The notes under the pieces were generated by a model. The model had not been told where the DNA came from. It worked only from the letters and a program-made list of their open reading frames with translations, and did not search any database. Made by a program: the position numbers and the translations under genes. A stretch of DNA of 63,168 nucleotides, counting the filler, from Octopus bimaculoides (Eukaryota): the NCBI RefSeq assembly GCF_001194135.2. It is 7 parts of 6 records of this genome, joined end to end, with 100 filler letters (N's around TTAATTAATTAA, not from the genome) between each part and the next. Parts side by side here need not be neighbours in the genome. Positions count along the whole stretch, not along the records: positions 45,906 to 57,994 come from NC_068982.1; positions 58,095 to 60,595 come from NW_026431515.1; positions 60,696 to 63,168 come from NC_068983.1; 4 more parts are not named here. One strand, written 5' to 3'. This document shows, piece after piece, positions 49,382 to 61,897 of this stretch; the first letter of the stretch is position 1; each line of letters opens with the position of its first letter.

Positions 49382-50573
49382 TATTTGAATCTAGTTCTGC
49401 TAATCCACCGCCCTGGATTAGCACGATTTAACGACCTCGAAAAAGGCAGGAAGGACGATAAAGTTGATTGACGTCGGCGGGATTTGAACTCGGAACGTAG
49501 AAAATCAGGACAAATACTGTGATGCATTCTATCCACCGTTCTAACGTCTCTGCCAGTTGATCGTCAAATCTTTCGTTTCTATCTTCAGTCCAGAGCTTCT
49601 GAGTCATAGTGCTTTCATCAAGTTTTACACGACTGCGCATGAATAAGTTTTTCCCTTCATTTTTCTTTCGTACTCTTTGCAGTTACACATTGATGTTTTT
49701 GTCTTACGTTTCGCAGTAGCTTTGTCTTTCTCAGAAACCTTTTCTTCTGCTTATTAGCTTGTATTTTTTTTTTTCATTTTATTGTTTCCTTATATAAAGA
49801 GAAACGTTTATTATTAGTTTTATTTGTGTTATTATACCAATTAGTCAAGCTTTGCTTGTTTATATGTTTCTCTAATAGTTTCCCCATGTGTATTAAACCT
49901 CTCTCTACTTATCTCTCAGTTTGTCTGTCTGTCTGTTTTCCTTTCCCTCCCTCTGTCCTTCCCTCTCTCCCTCTCCCTCTCCCTCTCCCTCTCGCTCGCT
50001 CTCTTCCTGTCACGTAGTGCTTATATCCTGTCTTCATAAGCTCTGTTATGATTCACTCACAATCCACGGAGAAGCTCTGATATCATTGTCAACGTTCGCC
50101 AATTCACTTAACACGATTTCATCTTTAGAAGCTGGGATAATTAGTGAGTCTATACCTATAATCTTATTTCTAGCACTCGTTTTGGATTTTAAATATTGGT
50201 ATGGCTATCTTTGGGTATTTATTGTTATTTTCTAATTTTCTCCTTCATTTTCTGTCTGTTGTATCGTAACGATTCCGTCTACTCTTGAGTATTAGTAAGC
50301 ATTATTTGTGATATCGCTTGTATTTCTACGTAAACATCTAACTTAAAATAATGGTTTTAAAAAATGAAATCTAATTTCATGTAAATTAAAATACAAATTA
50401 ATCTATACCATGTGAAGGTGCATGGCTCAGTGGTTAGAGCGTCCCGGCTACAGTATAAACAAGAGTGCATTTTGCCCCAAAAAGCCAATATGAGAGTTTC
50501 TCTCACGGTAAATATCGCAGTATAGTTTATTCTAATAGAACATCCACGTTTAAGTGGGTATAGATATTACTTT

Positions 50574-50884
50574 GTGGAGGTGCAATGGCCCAGTGGTTAG
50601 GGCAGCGGACTCGCGGTCATAGGATCGCGGTTTCGATTCTCAGACCGGGCGTTGTGAGTGTTTATTGAGCGAAAATACCTAAAGCTCCACAAGACTCCGG
50701 CAGGGGATGGTGGCGAACCCTGCTGTACTCTTCCACCACAACTTTCTCTCACTCTTACTTCCTGTTTCTGTTGTGCCTGTAATTCAAAGGGTCAGCCTTG
50801 TCACACTGTGTCACGCTGAATATCCCCGAGAACTACGTTAAGGGTACACGTGTCTGTGGAGTGCTCAGCCACTTGCACGTTAAN
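50574..50884 (+). mobile_element. SINE family B, cut by a gap
   Basis: Near-identical to 44498-44851. Confidence 0.92.
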
Positions 50885-51769
50885 NNNNNNNNNNNNNNNN
50901 NNNNNNNNNNNNNNNNNNNNNNNNNNNNNNNNNNNNNNNNNNNNNNNNNNNNNNNNNNNNNNNNNNNNNNNNNNNNNNNNNNNNNNNNNNNNNNNNNNNN
51001 NNNNNNNNNNNNNNNNNNNNNNNNNNNNNNNNNNNNNNNNNNNNNNNNNNNNNNNNNNNNNNNNNNNNNNNNNNNNNNNNNNNNNNNNNNNNNNNNNNNN
51101 NNNNNNNNNNNNNNNNNNNNNNNNNNNNNNNNNNNNNNNNNNNNNNNNNNNNNNNNNNNNNNNNNNNNNNNNNNNNNNNNNNNNNNNNNNNNNNNNNNNN
51201 NNNNNNNNNNNNNNNNNNNNNNNNNNNNNNNNNNNNNNNNNNNNNNNNNNNNNNNNNNNNNNNNNNNNNNNNNNNNNNNNNNNNNNNNNNNNNNNNNNNN
51301 NNNNNNNNNNNNNNNNNNNNNNNNNNNNNNNNNNNNNNNNNNNNNNNNNNNNNNNNNNNNNNNNNNNNNNNNNNNNNNNNNNNNNNNNNNNNNNNNNNNN
51401 NNNNNNNNNNNNNNNNNNNNNNNNNNNNNNNNNNNNNNNNNNNNNNNNNNNNNNNNNNNNNNNNNNNNNNNNNNNNNNNNNNNNNNNNNNNNNNNNNNNN
51501 NNNNNNNNNNNNNNNNNNNNNNNNNNNNNNNNNNNNNNNNNNNNNNNNNNNNNNNNNNNNNNNNNNNNNNNNNNNNNNNNNNNNNNNNNNNNNNNNNNNN
51601 NNNNNNNNNNNNNNNNNNNNNNNNNNNNNNNNNNNNNNNNNNNNNNNNNNNNNNNNNNNNNNNNNNNNNNNNNNNNNNNNNNNNNNNNNNNNNNNNNNNN
51701 NNNNNNNNNNNNNNNNNNNNNNNNNNNNNNNNNNNNNNNNNNNNNNNNNNNNNNNNNNNNNNNNNNATT

Positions 51770-52087
51770 CTCTCGGAGTCAATAAAATAAAGTACCAGAA
51801 CGTAAAGACAGACGAAATACCGCTAAGCATTTCGCCCGGCGTGCTAACGTTTCTTATTTCTTTATTGCCCACAAGGGGATAAACATAGAGAGGACGAACA
51901 AGGACAGACAAAGGAATTAAGTCGATTCCATCGACCCTAATGCTTAACTGGTACTTAATTTATCGACCCCGAAAGGATGAAAGGCGAAGTCGACCTCGGC
52001 GGAATTTGAACTCAGGACGTAACGGCAGACGAAATACCGCTAAGCATTTTGCACGGCGTGCTAACGTTTCTGCCAGCTCACCGCCTT
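51770..52087 (-). mobile_element. SINE family C, full copy followed by a partial second head
   Basis: Full copy at about 51851-52085; the segment cagacgaaataccgctaagcatttcgcccggcgtgctaacg is repeated at about 51808-51850. Confidence 0.85.
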
Positions 52088-52346
52088 AAGTGATGATAAA
52101 TATTACCTATATTAGCGACAGAGGTAGTATTAATACTAATACTGCCTCTGTCGCTAATATATATTTTCAAAATACAGCATGGTTTTTATCCGACTCTCTA
52201 GAGATTCTATCAATTCATGATCTTAACAATAACAAAAGCAACAGCAACTACAACAACAACAACAACAACAGCAGCAGTGATAAAACACAGTCAAGTGCCA
52301 CACAAGTCTTCTTGCAATCCTACACATAACAACAGAGGCTAAAATA

Positions 52347-52399
<53 letters not shown>

Positions 52400-52550
52400 T
52401 ACATACATGGATGCAATAGGATGAACAACCTGGAGTAAAATTTAACAGAAATAAAACGGAATAGACATGACCAACACCCAGGAAAAAATATCCACCTCGA
52501 AACAAAGGAAGATGTTTCCTCTAAAGCTAATAAAGAAATTTCCTTGAATA

Positions 52551-52584
<34 letters not shown>

Positions 52585-52802
52585 TATAAACAAGCAGCAT
52601 ACAAAGAAACAATTTCTACAGCCATGAATATTTATATTTTGAATAATCGAATTTACAGAGCAACCACGTTTGTATCAAAGGAATCCAGATTTAACTGTAA
52701 TACTGTTAGGATATCCTTCATCTAATACTTACGTAAGAAGTAATAGAAAAGCAGAAGAGGTTAGACAGCGTGAACTTAGCATATGGAAGAGAGATATGGT
52801 AA

Positions 52803-53460
52803 AAACAATGTTTCTCAACCATTTGTTACCTTTGGACCCCTTTGATTCTGATTTTACTCTACTGGGTCTCCATAGCCATTCGATGTATATAACAAAAATC
52901 CTAGTGTATTTTTATGTGTATGTTGGCACTCCGTCGCTTACGACGACGAGGGTTCCAGTTGATCCGATCAACGGAACAGCCTGCTCGTGAAATTAACATG
53001 CAAGTGGCTGAGCACTCCACAGACACGTGTACCCTTAACGTAGTTCTCGGAGAAGTTCAGCGTGACACAGTGTGACAAGGCTGACCCCTTGAATTACAGG
53101 CACAACAGAAACATGAAGTAAGAATGAGAGAAAGTTGTGTTGAAAGAGTACAGCCGGGTTCACCACTACCCCCTGCCGGAGCCTTGTGGAGCTTTAGGTG
53201 TTTTCGCTCAATAAACACTCACAACGCCTGGTCTGAGAATCGAAACCGCGATCCTATGACCGCGAGTCCGCTCCCTAACCACTGGGCCATTGCGCCTCCA
53301 CACATTGTATTTTTATAACTAAATATTATTAGGAATTGTATAAAAAAAGAAAATATTTTGTGTATTGTAGAAGTATAACCAATTAGCTGCACGTCAATTT
53401 TAACAATAACATCTTACATGGACCCCCACCCACCCCAAAAAAGGCTATATTGACCCCGGT
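52803..53460. mobile_element. hAT-like MITE remnant interrupted by a SINE
   Basis: Start caatgtttctcaacc...ggacccc, end ggacccc...gaccccggttga; the family B SINE sits inside it. Confidence 0.45.
52921..53301 (-). mobile_element. SINE family B, full length
   Basis: Reverse complement of the 44498 copy, including the 3' end ...gcgacggagtgccaaca. Confidence 0.92.
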
Positions 53461-53507
53461 TGACACCTGATGAAGGCTGGAGGGTATATCAGCCGAAACG
53501 TGTTAAC
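53459..53507 (+). ncRNA. Minimal hammerhead ribozyme remnant (PLE-type) lacking the cleavage triplet
   Basis: Stem I GTTGACAC/GTGTTAAC, CTGATGA (53467-53473), stem II GGCTG/CAGCC, GAAAC directly followed by the stem I 3' strand. Confidence 0.7.
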
Positions 53508-53712
53508 AACAAACAAGATGAGGACAAATATCCGTCAAATGTAAATAATGTAAATAATATTATCGTTTGAAAAGTATAATACGAGAAAAGTGAAAGGAAG
53601 ATGAATTATTGAGAGAAAAGAGTCAAAACTGGTTTAGTCAAAGCCATGCCGGATAAGAGAAATTGAAAATCATGAACGTAACTTCCTACAAAACTGAATA
53701 TTTGAAAAATAT

Positions 53713-53746
<34 letters not shown>

Positions 53747-53901
53747 TTGATAAATTCTTCCGAGACAGCTATAATCTATAAAAAGAAACAAATGAAAAAA
53801 ACGAACTGTATAACGAAGGAAGACACACAAACAGCAAGACATAATTTATAAATATTGGGGTAGAAATTAATGGTAAGTTATGTTATGTGTGGTATAAGAA
53901 A

Positions 53902-54048
53902 GCGGAGGCGCAATGGCGGTTATAAGATCGCGGTTTCGATTCCCAGACCGGGCTTTGTGAGTGTTTATTGAGCGAAAACACCTAAAGCTCCACGAGGCTC
54001 CGGCAGGGGATGGTGGCGAACCCTGCTGTATTCTTCCACCACAACTTC
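53902..54048 (+). mobile_element. SINE family B 5' fragment with a deletion in the head
   Basis: gcggaggcgcaatggc...gatcgcggtttcgattcccagaccgggc...caccacaactt. Confidence 0.85.
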
Positions 54049-55542
54049 CTCTAAGAAAAAGTAGAAATTGAAAAGGGATGGGGGCTGTATTCGGCACCTT
54101 CTCCACTATTTTTCCTGTAATTCATATACACTTTCAAGCACAGCGCTTCGTCTGAACCATCGGACGTCACAGAAGAGAAGGAGAGAAAAGAAACAAATCT
54201 ATGACTTGATTCTCTGGATCCAACAAAAGTTGTTGAAAATGGCGGTGACTTAATCCGCGAGACAAAATTACGCTTACTGTTTTATCGCTACATTCATCAC
54301 GTCCTTCAAATTTGATACCTTAGCATATGTTTCCTCGTGGATTATGCATTACACTTTTCTGACATTGTATTCATTTGCGAGGATTTCTATGTACCCTTGA
54401 AGTAGAACCACAGCGCCTTTATGTTGTTCAAATACTGCTGTGGCGATCCATTCGTTGTTACAGATACTAGCTTTGATATGTCCAGATTCATGTCTGTAGT
54501 ACACTAGAGTAATGTTTTAAGAATGTCTACGTCTTTGATAGTATCTTTGATACGTACCAGCTGAATAAACAACTCAACAATGTGAAAAGGTTGCCTTTAT
54601 TGCACGTACAAGCACTTCATGCTGAGCTGTATCTGGGCTATCTGTACTCTCATCAAGTGCGACTGAGAAGAAAAAGAAATCTTTGAATAGTATTTTTAAA
54701 CGAATTTTATTCATATCTGCTAACATTTCTTCTATTCGTCGTATAAACTATTCGGTGCTACATTGTCGTGTGATCTACAACTTCAAGGACGATTACTTTA
54801 GGTTAGTTTTTAGTTTCTTTACGTTGCAAAATTCGCGGCTGCCAAACTGTGATCTACGCGCTTATTTTAATTATTAAATTGTTTATTCTTGGTTTCTTAT
54901 TATTATTTACTAAGACATAGATGAAATATGGTTTTATTATTATTAAAATAGTAAGGATTTTGAAAAAAAATTCATTTACAATGCTAAGTATGTACAAAAG
55001 AATTTATTGTAAAAATTCTGTAGCCAACATGTTAAGAGTTTTTAGAAATTGAAAAGTAAACTAGAAAGTAACCTAAAGTAATCGCCCTTTAAGTTGTAGA
55101 TCACACGCCAAAGTAGCACCAACTGTTCTTTTCTCGGGATACACAATGTTCAAAACGAGTATCAAACGGTTTTTAAAGATGTTTGCTTATATCAACTTCG
55201 GCACTGCGGAAAGGGAAAGTGTTTGGAATTTGTTTTTGGTTTTGTTTTTTTCCGATTCTGTCTCGTATTTTAGAATACCGAACTCTGTTTCGCTAAGCTT
55301 AGCTTAAAATTATGAAGCTGATCGTTCTTATTTGCTCATTAAATTCATTGAATTTCTGGTTGTATCATGGCACAACTGGCTTGTAATAATTCCTCACACC
55401 TCAACATTAATCATGTAATTATCGTAGTTTTGAGTAACTGAGTACTTTTTCATCGACTCTGTCTCGGAAAGCTCAGTATGCAATATTAAACTTGCTACAT
55501 TTTATGACGATGGGATTTGCTGCTGCAAAAAAAAAAAAAAGT

Positions 55543-55870
55543 GGATGGTTGGTAAGACGCTTGCTTTCCAACCACATTGTTCTGGGTTCAGTTCCACTGC
55601 GTGGCCCGTCGAACAGGTGTTTTCTACTATAATCTCAGGTCGTCGGTTACGACAACGACAGTTTCAGTTGATCCAATAAACGGAACAGCCTGCTCGTGAA
55701 ATTAACGTACAAGTGGCTGAACGCTCCACAGACACATGTACCCTTAACGTAGTTCTTGAGGAGATTCAGCGTGAGACAGAGTGTGACAAGTCTGGCCTTT
55801 TGAAATACAGGTACAACAGAAACAGGAAGAAAGAGTGAGAGAAAGTTGTGGTGAAAGAGTACAGCAGGGT
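55543..55870. mobile_element. Family A head (+, 55543-55642) abutting a family B 3' half (-, 55643-55870)
   Basis: Direct similarity to the copies at 46930 and 52921. Confidence 0.8.
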
Positions 55871-56214
55871 TCATTATATAGCTATAGAAGTAAAAAAAAA
55901 AAAAAAANNNNNNNNNNNNNNNNNNNNNNNNNNNNNNNNNNNNNNNNNNNNNNNNNNNNNNNNNNNNNNNNNNTACCATATTAAAGAACGCAGAAACTCT
56001 TTTACCTGAAAATTGCAATACCAAAGCTTTCTTTATCGCCAGTTGTGTTCTTTATGATGCGCACCATTTGAGATTATTCTAGAATGTTCTTTAAGCCGAT
56101 AGAATATTGAAAGAGATTTAACTGTTATTTCTAGCAGATCGAACGAATAACCGCAACCATTCAGCTGCCACGGAATCTGTTAGATCTCCCTTTTATATCT
56201 ATTATATTTATTTA

Positions 56215-56850
56215 TCATTAGCTGCCTAAATATGTCTACAAAGTGCTATCTGCCCCTGAGCCATGATATAGCTGCATAGACTATTTACAATGCTATCCGC
56301 AAGAAGGACTGCCCTGACGTATACATCAAAGGCATGTCAGAACCAGCAGGTATTCACACCTTTAAAAAAAAGTATACTGATGGAACACTCTAATAATAAA
56401 AACAGTAATTCTGTGCAAACATAACATAACTGATATTGTTTTTTGGGATAAGGAACAAAAGTTATTCACTGCTGTAGAATTCAGCTGCCCACCAAAAGTG
56501 AATATACCATCAAAAGTCCAGGAAAAAAGAGAAGTTTTATTGTGAGTCAATGCGTAACCTGCAGCTCTTTAGATCTGTCATCATAGGTGCCTTAGGCTAT
56601 GTACCTGCAAATTTGCACAAAAACCTAGATATACAAACCTTTTCAAAGAAAGAGCAAAAGAAGCAGACGCGCATTCTCCAAATCCAATCTATTAGTGGCA
56701 CAATGAAGATTTGCAAGACATTGCAACAATTCTTCATCTGAGATTCTTTAGATGGATAGATGCACACTCTTGGATAACTGCATCGGCAGTTCAACCAACA
56801 CTCCAACGCAACCACATATTTACAAACACCGGGAACTCTCTAAGCTAAAA
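56215..56850 (+). mobile_element. Decayed RLE-type (R4-like) retrotransposon 3' end, a distinct family
   Basis: ISCLNMSTKCYLPLSHD..TIYNAIRKKDCP, CKHNITDIVFWDKEQK..VEFSCP, IIGALGYVPANL, LQIQSISGTMKICKT. Confidence 0.75.
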
Positions 56851-57799
56851 AATTCTTGTCGTTTTGTTAGTGACCAGCTTGAACTTTCTTAAGAAAGTTA
56901 AATAGAACTCAGAGTGAGTGAGTGAGTGTGTGTGTGTGTATGTGTGTGTAAAAGGTAGTAGTAGTAGTAGCAGCATTAGCAGCAGCAGCAGCAACAGTAG
57001 CAGCAGCAGCAGTAGTAGTAGTAGTAGTAGTATCAGAAGCAGCAGCAACAGCAGTAGTATTAGTACTAGTGTCTCGAAATTTATTATCTGATGGGTCGCT
57101 TTTTTTTTTTTTTAGGAGAGAAAGAGATTTAACTGTTATTTCTAGCAGATCGAACGAATAACTGCAACCATTCAGCTGCCACAGAATCTGTTAGATCTCC
57201 CTTTTATATCCATTATATTTATTTATCTTGCTGTGTTATTGATATTTTCTTCTTCGCCATGTTTGTTGTGTGTTTCGTATTACTGTTTTAATATCAGAGC
57301 CTCTTTGTGTTAGCTAAGCTACGCCATCTCCGATAACCAATAACAGCAAAGATATATATACATGTGTATATATATATCGAAGGCCTTTCGATTATCAATC
57401 CGTGCAAAGCTTACGTTTCGGTAAAAGGTCGATTAATAAGTTTGTTTTACTATTTTTCTTTTCTTTTCTTGAAACCAAAATGTATGTTGATTCTCATTCT
57501 ATTTCGTTGAATACTATTGCTACTGGTTCCTTTGTAACAGTTAGACATTTTAACCAAAAGTTTGTGGTGACTTTATCGATTCGAGAGTCTTTTTTGTGGC
57601 TATCAGTCTCGATTGTATAAGTAAACTTTCTACTACTTAAGCTAGGATATTTCTATAGTATGATAGCGTTTTTTTTTTAAAACTTCTTTCTCATTTTACT
57701 ATCTATTGTATATCTTTCTTGTGTTGTATAACATAACTTAGGACCATTTTCTGCTCCAATATCTTTTATCATTTATCTTTATCTTATATCTTTCTACTT

Positions 57800-57993
57800 G
57801 TTTCAGTCAGTGGACTGCGGCCATGCTGGGACAGTGCCTTGAAGGATTTAGTCGAACAAATCGGTGCCAGTACATATTTTTAAATTCTGGTACTCATTGT
57901 ATAAAATTTCCTTTACCGAATCGTTAAGTTGCGGGGACGCACAATCTAACACTAGATGTCAAGCAGTGGCGGGAACAAACAGAAAGGCACGCT
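57800..57993 (-). mobile_element. SINE family A 3' half
   Basis: cttgtttcagtcagtggactgcggccatgctgg...ttaccgaatcgttaagttgcggggac. Confidence 0.75.
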
Positions 57994-58464
57994 CNNNNNN
58001 NNNNNNNNNNNNNNNNNNNNNNNNNNNNNNNNNNNNNNTTAATTAATTAANNNNNNNNNNNNNNNNNNNNNNNNNNNNNNNNNNNNNNNNNNNNAAACGC
58101 AACTATTAATAGCTGCAATAATAGCATCACTAATACCACCTCCTCTACCACCGCTAATACTAACACTACTACTAATGATACTACTATTACCGCTGCTGCA
58201 GCTGCAATACTGCTGCTGCTACTACTACTATTACTAGTAATACTACCGATACTACTACCACGGATACTACTACTACTACTAGTAATGATAATAATAAATA
58301 CAACAGCGATACCGATAATGATAATGGCGATAATAATAATAATGGTAGCGCTATCGTTGATATTGATACTAGAAATGACAGTAATAATAACAGCAATATC
58401 ACGATCGGTTTACTTAATACTACCCTAACCACTACCAGCACTACCACATCTCTCTCTACAATTA

Positions 58465-59326
58465 CCCATCATAGAACCGATTAATGCAACTTCAGATCCG
58501 GGATAGATTGCCCGTTGCAAGCCCAATGCAGAAGATTCAACATCATATACCGATGCACCGTTCACAACTTGGTAAATAACTCCTGTGGCTACTACATTCG
58601 TTCTAGTACTATTTTAAACAAAGGTGTTATGCACATTTTAACTCGTTTAAAGATAAGGAGAATAACAATTCCACATCACTAGCCAGCCACGTACACCATC
58701 TGATTAAAAGAAAAATGCAGTATGGGCTATAATAGACTCGGTTACCCCATATCAGTTGTGGACTTTGCTTAAAAGATGCCCTCAAAATTCTGAACCACAA
58801 CTCACCACGATTGCTTAAAGAATACGAAGCCTTCAGTACGTGTAAGCACAAATTCTTCCGCGCTTTTAAATTCTTTCGTAAATCTAAGCGTAAGCTCACC
58901 CCGCCACGAATAGCATCCACATACAAAACCCTATGATCATTAATACATACCCCTTCTATATCTCTATAACTACCTTATATCTTACCTCCTTCCTATCTAA
59001 CTTACCTCATCACACTATGAGATGAATATTAATTCTTTAATTTATCCTTAATTTATTTTTAAACCTTAACCCAATAAATCCCCAAATATAACCCCCCTAA
59101 CTCTAACTCCCACTCGTAAATAATTTGACATTCCACTAGCTCTTCCTTTCTCTAATACCTACATACCCATAACCCTATTGCTAAAAATAACTTTACAGTT
59201 ACTGACTTTAGCCAGAATGGACACAAGTAGTTACTACTAAAATTCCCTCCCCAATAACTTTAGACTTTAAGATTACCAGAAATCTACTACTCTCTTTAAT
59301 ATAAATATCCCCTTTAATTTAGCTAA
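58465..59326 (+). mobile_element. Penelope-like GIY-YIG endonuclease pseudogene with 3' region
   Basis: CNFRSGIDCPLQAQCRRFNIIYRCTV..YYI, AHFNSFKDKENNNSTSLASHV, WAIIDSVTPY, EAFSTCKHKFFRAFKFF; frameshifted. Confidence 0.8.
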
Positions 59327-60696
59327 ANNNNNNNNNNNNNNNNNNNNNNNNNNNNNNNNNNNNNNNNNNNNNNNNNNNNNNNNNNNNNNNNNNNNNNNNN
59401 NNNNNNNNNNNNNNNNNNNNNNNNNNNNNNNNNNNNNNNNNNNNNNNNNNNNNNNNNNNNNNNNNNNNNNNNNNNNNNNNNNNNNNNNNNNNNNNNNNNN
59501 NNNNNNNNNNNNNNNNNNNNNNNNNNNNNNNNNNNNNNNNNNNNNNNNNNNNNNNNNNNNNNNNNNNNNNNNNNNNNNNNNNNNNNNNNNNNNNNNNNNN
59601 NNNNNNNNNNNNNNNNNNNNNNNNNNNNNNNNNNNNNNNNNNNNNNNNNNNNNNNNNNNNNNNNNNNNNNNNNNNNNNNNNNNNNNNNNNNNNNNNNNNN
59701 NNNNNNNNNNNNNNNNNNNNNNNNNNNNNNNNNNNNNNNNNNNNNNNNNNNNNNNNNNNNNNNNNNNNNNNNNNNNNNNNNNNNNNNNNNNNNNNNNNNN
59801 NNNNNNNNNNNNNNNNNNNNNNNNNNNNNNNNNNNNNNNNNNNNNNNNNNNNNNNNNNNNNNNNNNNNNNNNNNNNNNNNNNNNNNNNNNNNNNNNNNNN
59901 NNNNNNNNNNNNNNNNNNNNNNNNNNNNNNNNNNNNNNNNNNNNNNNNNNNNNNNNNNNNNNNNNNNNNNNNNNNNNNNNNNNNNNNNNNNNNNNNNNNN
60001 NNNNNNNNNNNNNNNNNNNNNNNNNNNNNNNNNNNNNNNNNNNNNNNNNNNNNNNNNNNNNNNNNNNNNNNNNNNNNNNNNNNNNNNNNNNNNNNNNNNN
60101 NNNNNNNNNNNNNNNNNNNNNNNNNNNNNNNNNNNNNNNNNNNNNNNNNNNNNNNNNNNNNNNNNNNNNNNNNNNNNNNNNNNNNNNNNNNNNNNNNNNN
60201 NNNNNNNNNNNNNNNNNNNNNNNNNNNNNNNNNNNNNNNNNNNNNNNNNNNNNNNNNNNNNNNNNNNNNNNNNNNNNNNNNNNNNNNNNNNNNNNATATA
60301 TGTATGTATATATATATGTATATACATATCTATCTATCTATATATATATAGATATGCAGGGCAGGGAATCGTCAATTAGTAATAAAATTAATAATTAACA
60401 ATTTTGCCGGGTAGCTCAGTATGAAAAAACCTTATATCTTTCAGTCTCACTCTCTCTCACGTTCAATCTCTCTCTCTCCCTCTATAACACCTACTTCACC
60501 CTAACTGCTATACTACTACCACCACTAACAACTATTATGTGTTACAAACGCATATTTGTTTAAATGTTTGTGTGTATATATATATATATATATATNNNNN
60601 NNNNNNNNNNNNNNNNNNNNNNNNNNNNNNNNNNNNNNNTTAATTAATTAANNNNNNNNNNNNNNNNNNNNNNNNNNNNNNNNNNNNNNNNNNNNA

Positions 60697-60862
60697 ACCG
60701 AGGCTGGTGTGTTTATGTCCCCGTAACTTAGCGGTTCGGCAAACGGAGACCGATAGAATAAGTACTAGGCTTCCAAAGAATAAGTTCTGGGGTCGATTTG
60801 CTCGACTAAAAGGTGGTGCCTCAGCATGGCCGTAGTCAAATGACTGAAACAAGTAAAAGAGT
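60697..60862 (+). mobile_element. SINE family A 3' half
   Basis: ggtgtgtttatgtccccgtaacttagcggttcggc...ggtgcctcagcatggccgtagtcaaatgactgaaacaagtaaaag. Confidence 0.88.
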
Positions 60863-60899
60863 AAAAAAAGAGTATAAGATAGCAGACCAATACATCCTG

Positions 60900-61850
60900 A
60901 TCGCTGTGCTAAACCAGAGTCTGCAGCGCACTTTTCCAAAGGTGACTCTTGCTTTTGCTGTCTGTGATCGCATCGTCTATGTGGGCATTCGACAGGAGAA
61001 AATTCTCCCTTCTGATACCAGAACTTCAACATAACCTTCAGTTATTCTCCCCCAATTTGTATGACCTGGTCTTGTGGTAGAAGTCCCGGTCATGGTTTGA
61101 ACTCCTGTTTTCTTAATGGCGGAACTGTATCAAATATTTGTTCTGGTGAAATCGTTTACAGAGTTCTGTAACTCATTTTGAGTGCAGACTATTAAAATGC
61201 AGTCATCAATATGCAAGAGTGTAGATTCCAAACAGAAATTAGATCAGTGTCGGTGGCTTTAGGCACTTGAGGTTGAAGATATCATCATCTTTCCTCCTGA
61301 ATTTAAATGTGGGACCCTTTATAACAGTTTTTGAAAGTATCCTGGAGAATAGCAGAGAAGATAATACCAAACAGGAATGACGCAATGTCACTTTCTTCTC
61401 TGAATCCATTTGAGACTGATAATTCATTACAACGCGTCCACAAATACTGCAGCGAACGCCACTATACCATCAGCGAATCATTTTAACTATTCTCAAAAGA
61501 AATTCAATTTTTTGAGAAGATATCAACAGATATTCTCCTTTGACTGAATCGGACGATTTTAGTGACACGACGAATACAGAAGAGAGATCAGGACATTGTT
61601 GTTGGTGTTCAAAGCTAGTTAAACAGTGATCGAGAAAATCTATGACCAAAGACGTTCTAGTTTTGACCATTCCATAATTTTTTTGTATTTATGACCATAT
61701 CCTCTAACATGCCCGTTCTTTTTTCTGCCGGTAGATTGTTATTTAAGAGAGATTTGGTACCAGATAGCGTTAACACGCAGAGGTCCTCCTGATGGCATGG
61801 GTGAAGGTAAATATCTACTATATTGTAATAAAACTGGTGCAAGCTTATTT
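60900..61850 (-). mobile_element. Decayed RTE-clade LINE fragment
   Basis: LFGIIFSAILQDTFKNCYKGPTFKFRRKDDDIFNLKCLK resembles the RTE RT region of the copy at 28343-28717. Confidence 0.7.
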
Positions 61851-61897
61851 AATGAAGTAAACCATGTAGTTAAAATTATGACCTTACTGATGAGAAT

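Noticed and set aside
49235-49471. Repeated peptides MRNWYLIYRPRKDERQSRPRRN (also 38738) and MSHCVTLNIPENYVKG (44722, 50798)
   Set aside because: These are chance ORFs inside SINE copies, not a gene family.
50010-50146. Open hydrophobic frame (LCYDSLTIHGEALISLSTF...) ending at GTGAGT
   Set aside because: It shows no resemblance to GABA-B TM1 or any family I recognise; unsupported without RNA data.
58460-58610. Apparent minus-strand exon (TNVVATGVIYQVVNGASVY...) with a GTAATT donor
   Set aside because: It is the antisense of a recognisable Penelope GIY-YIG domain on +.
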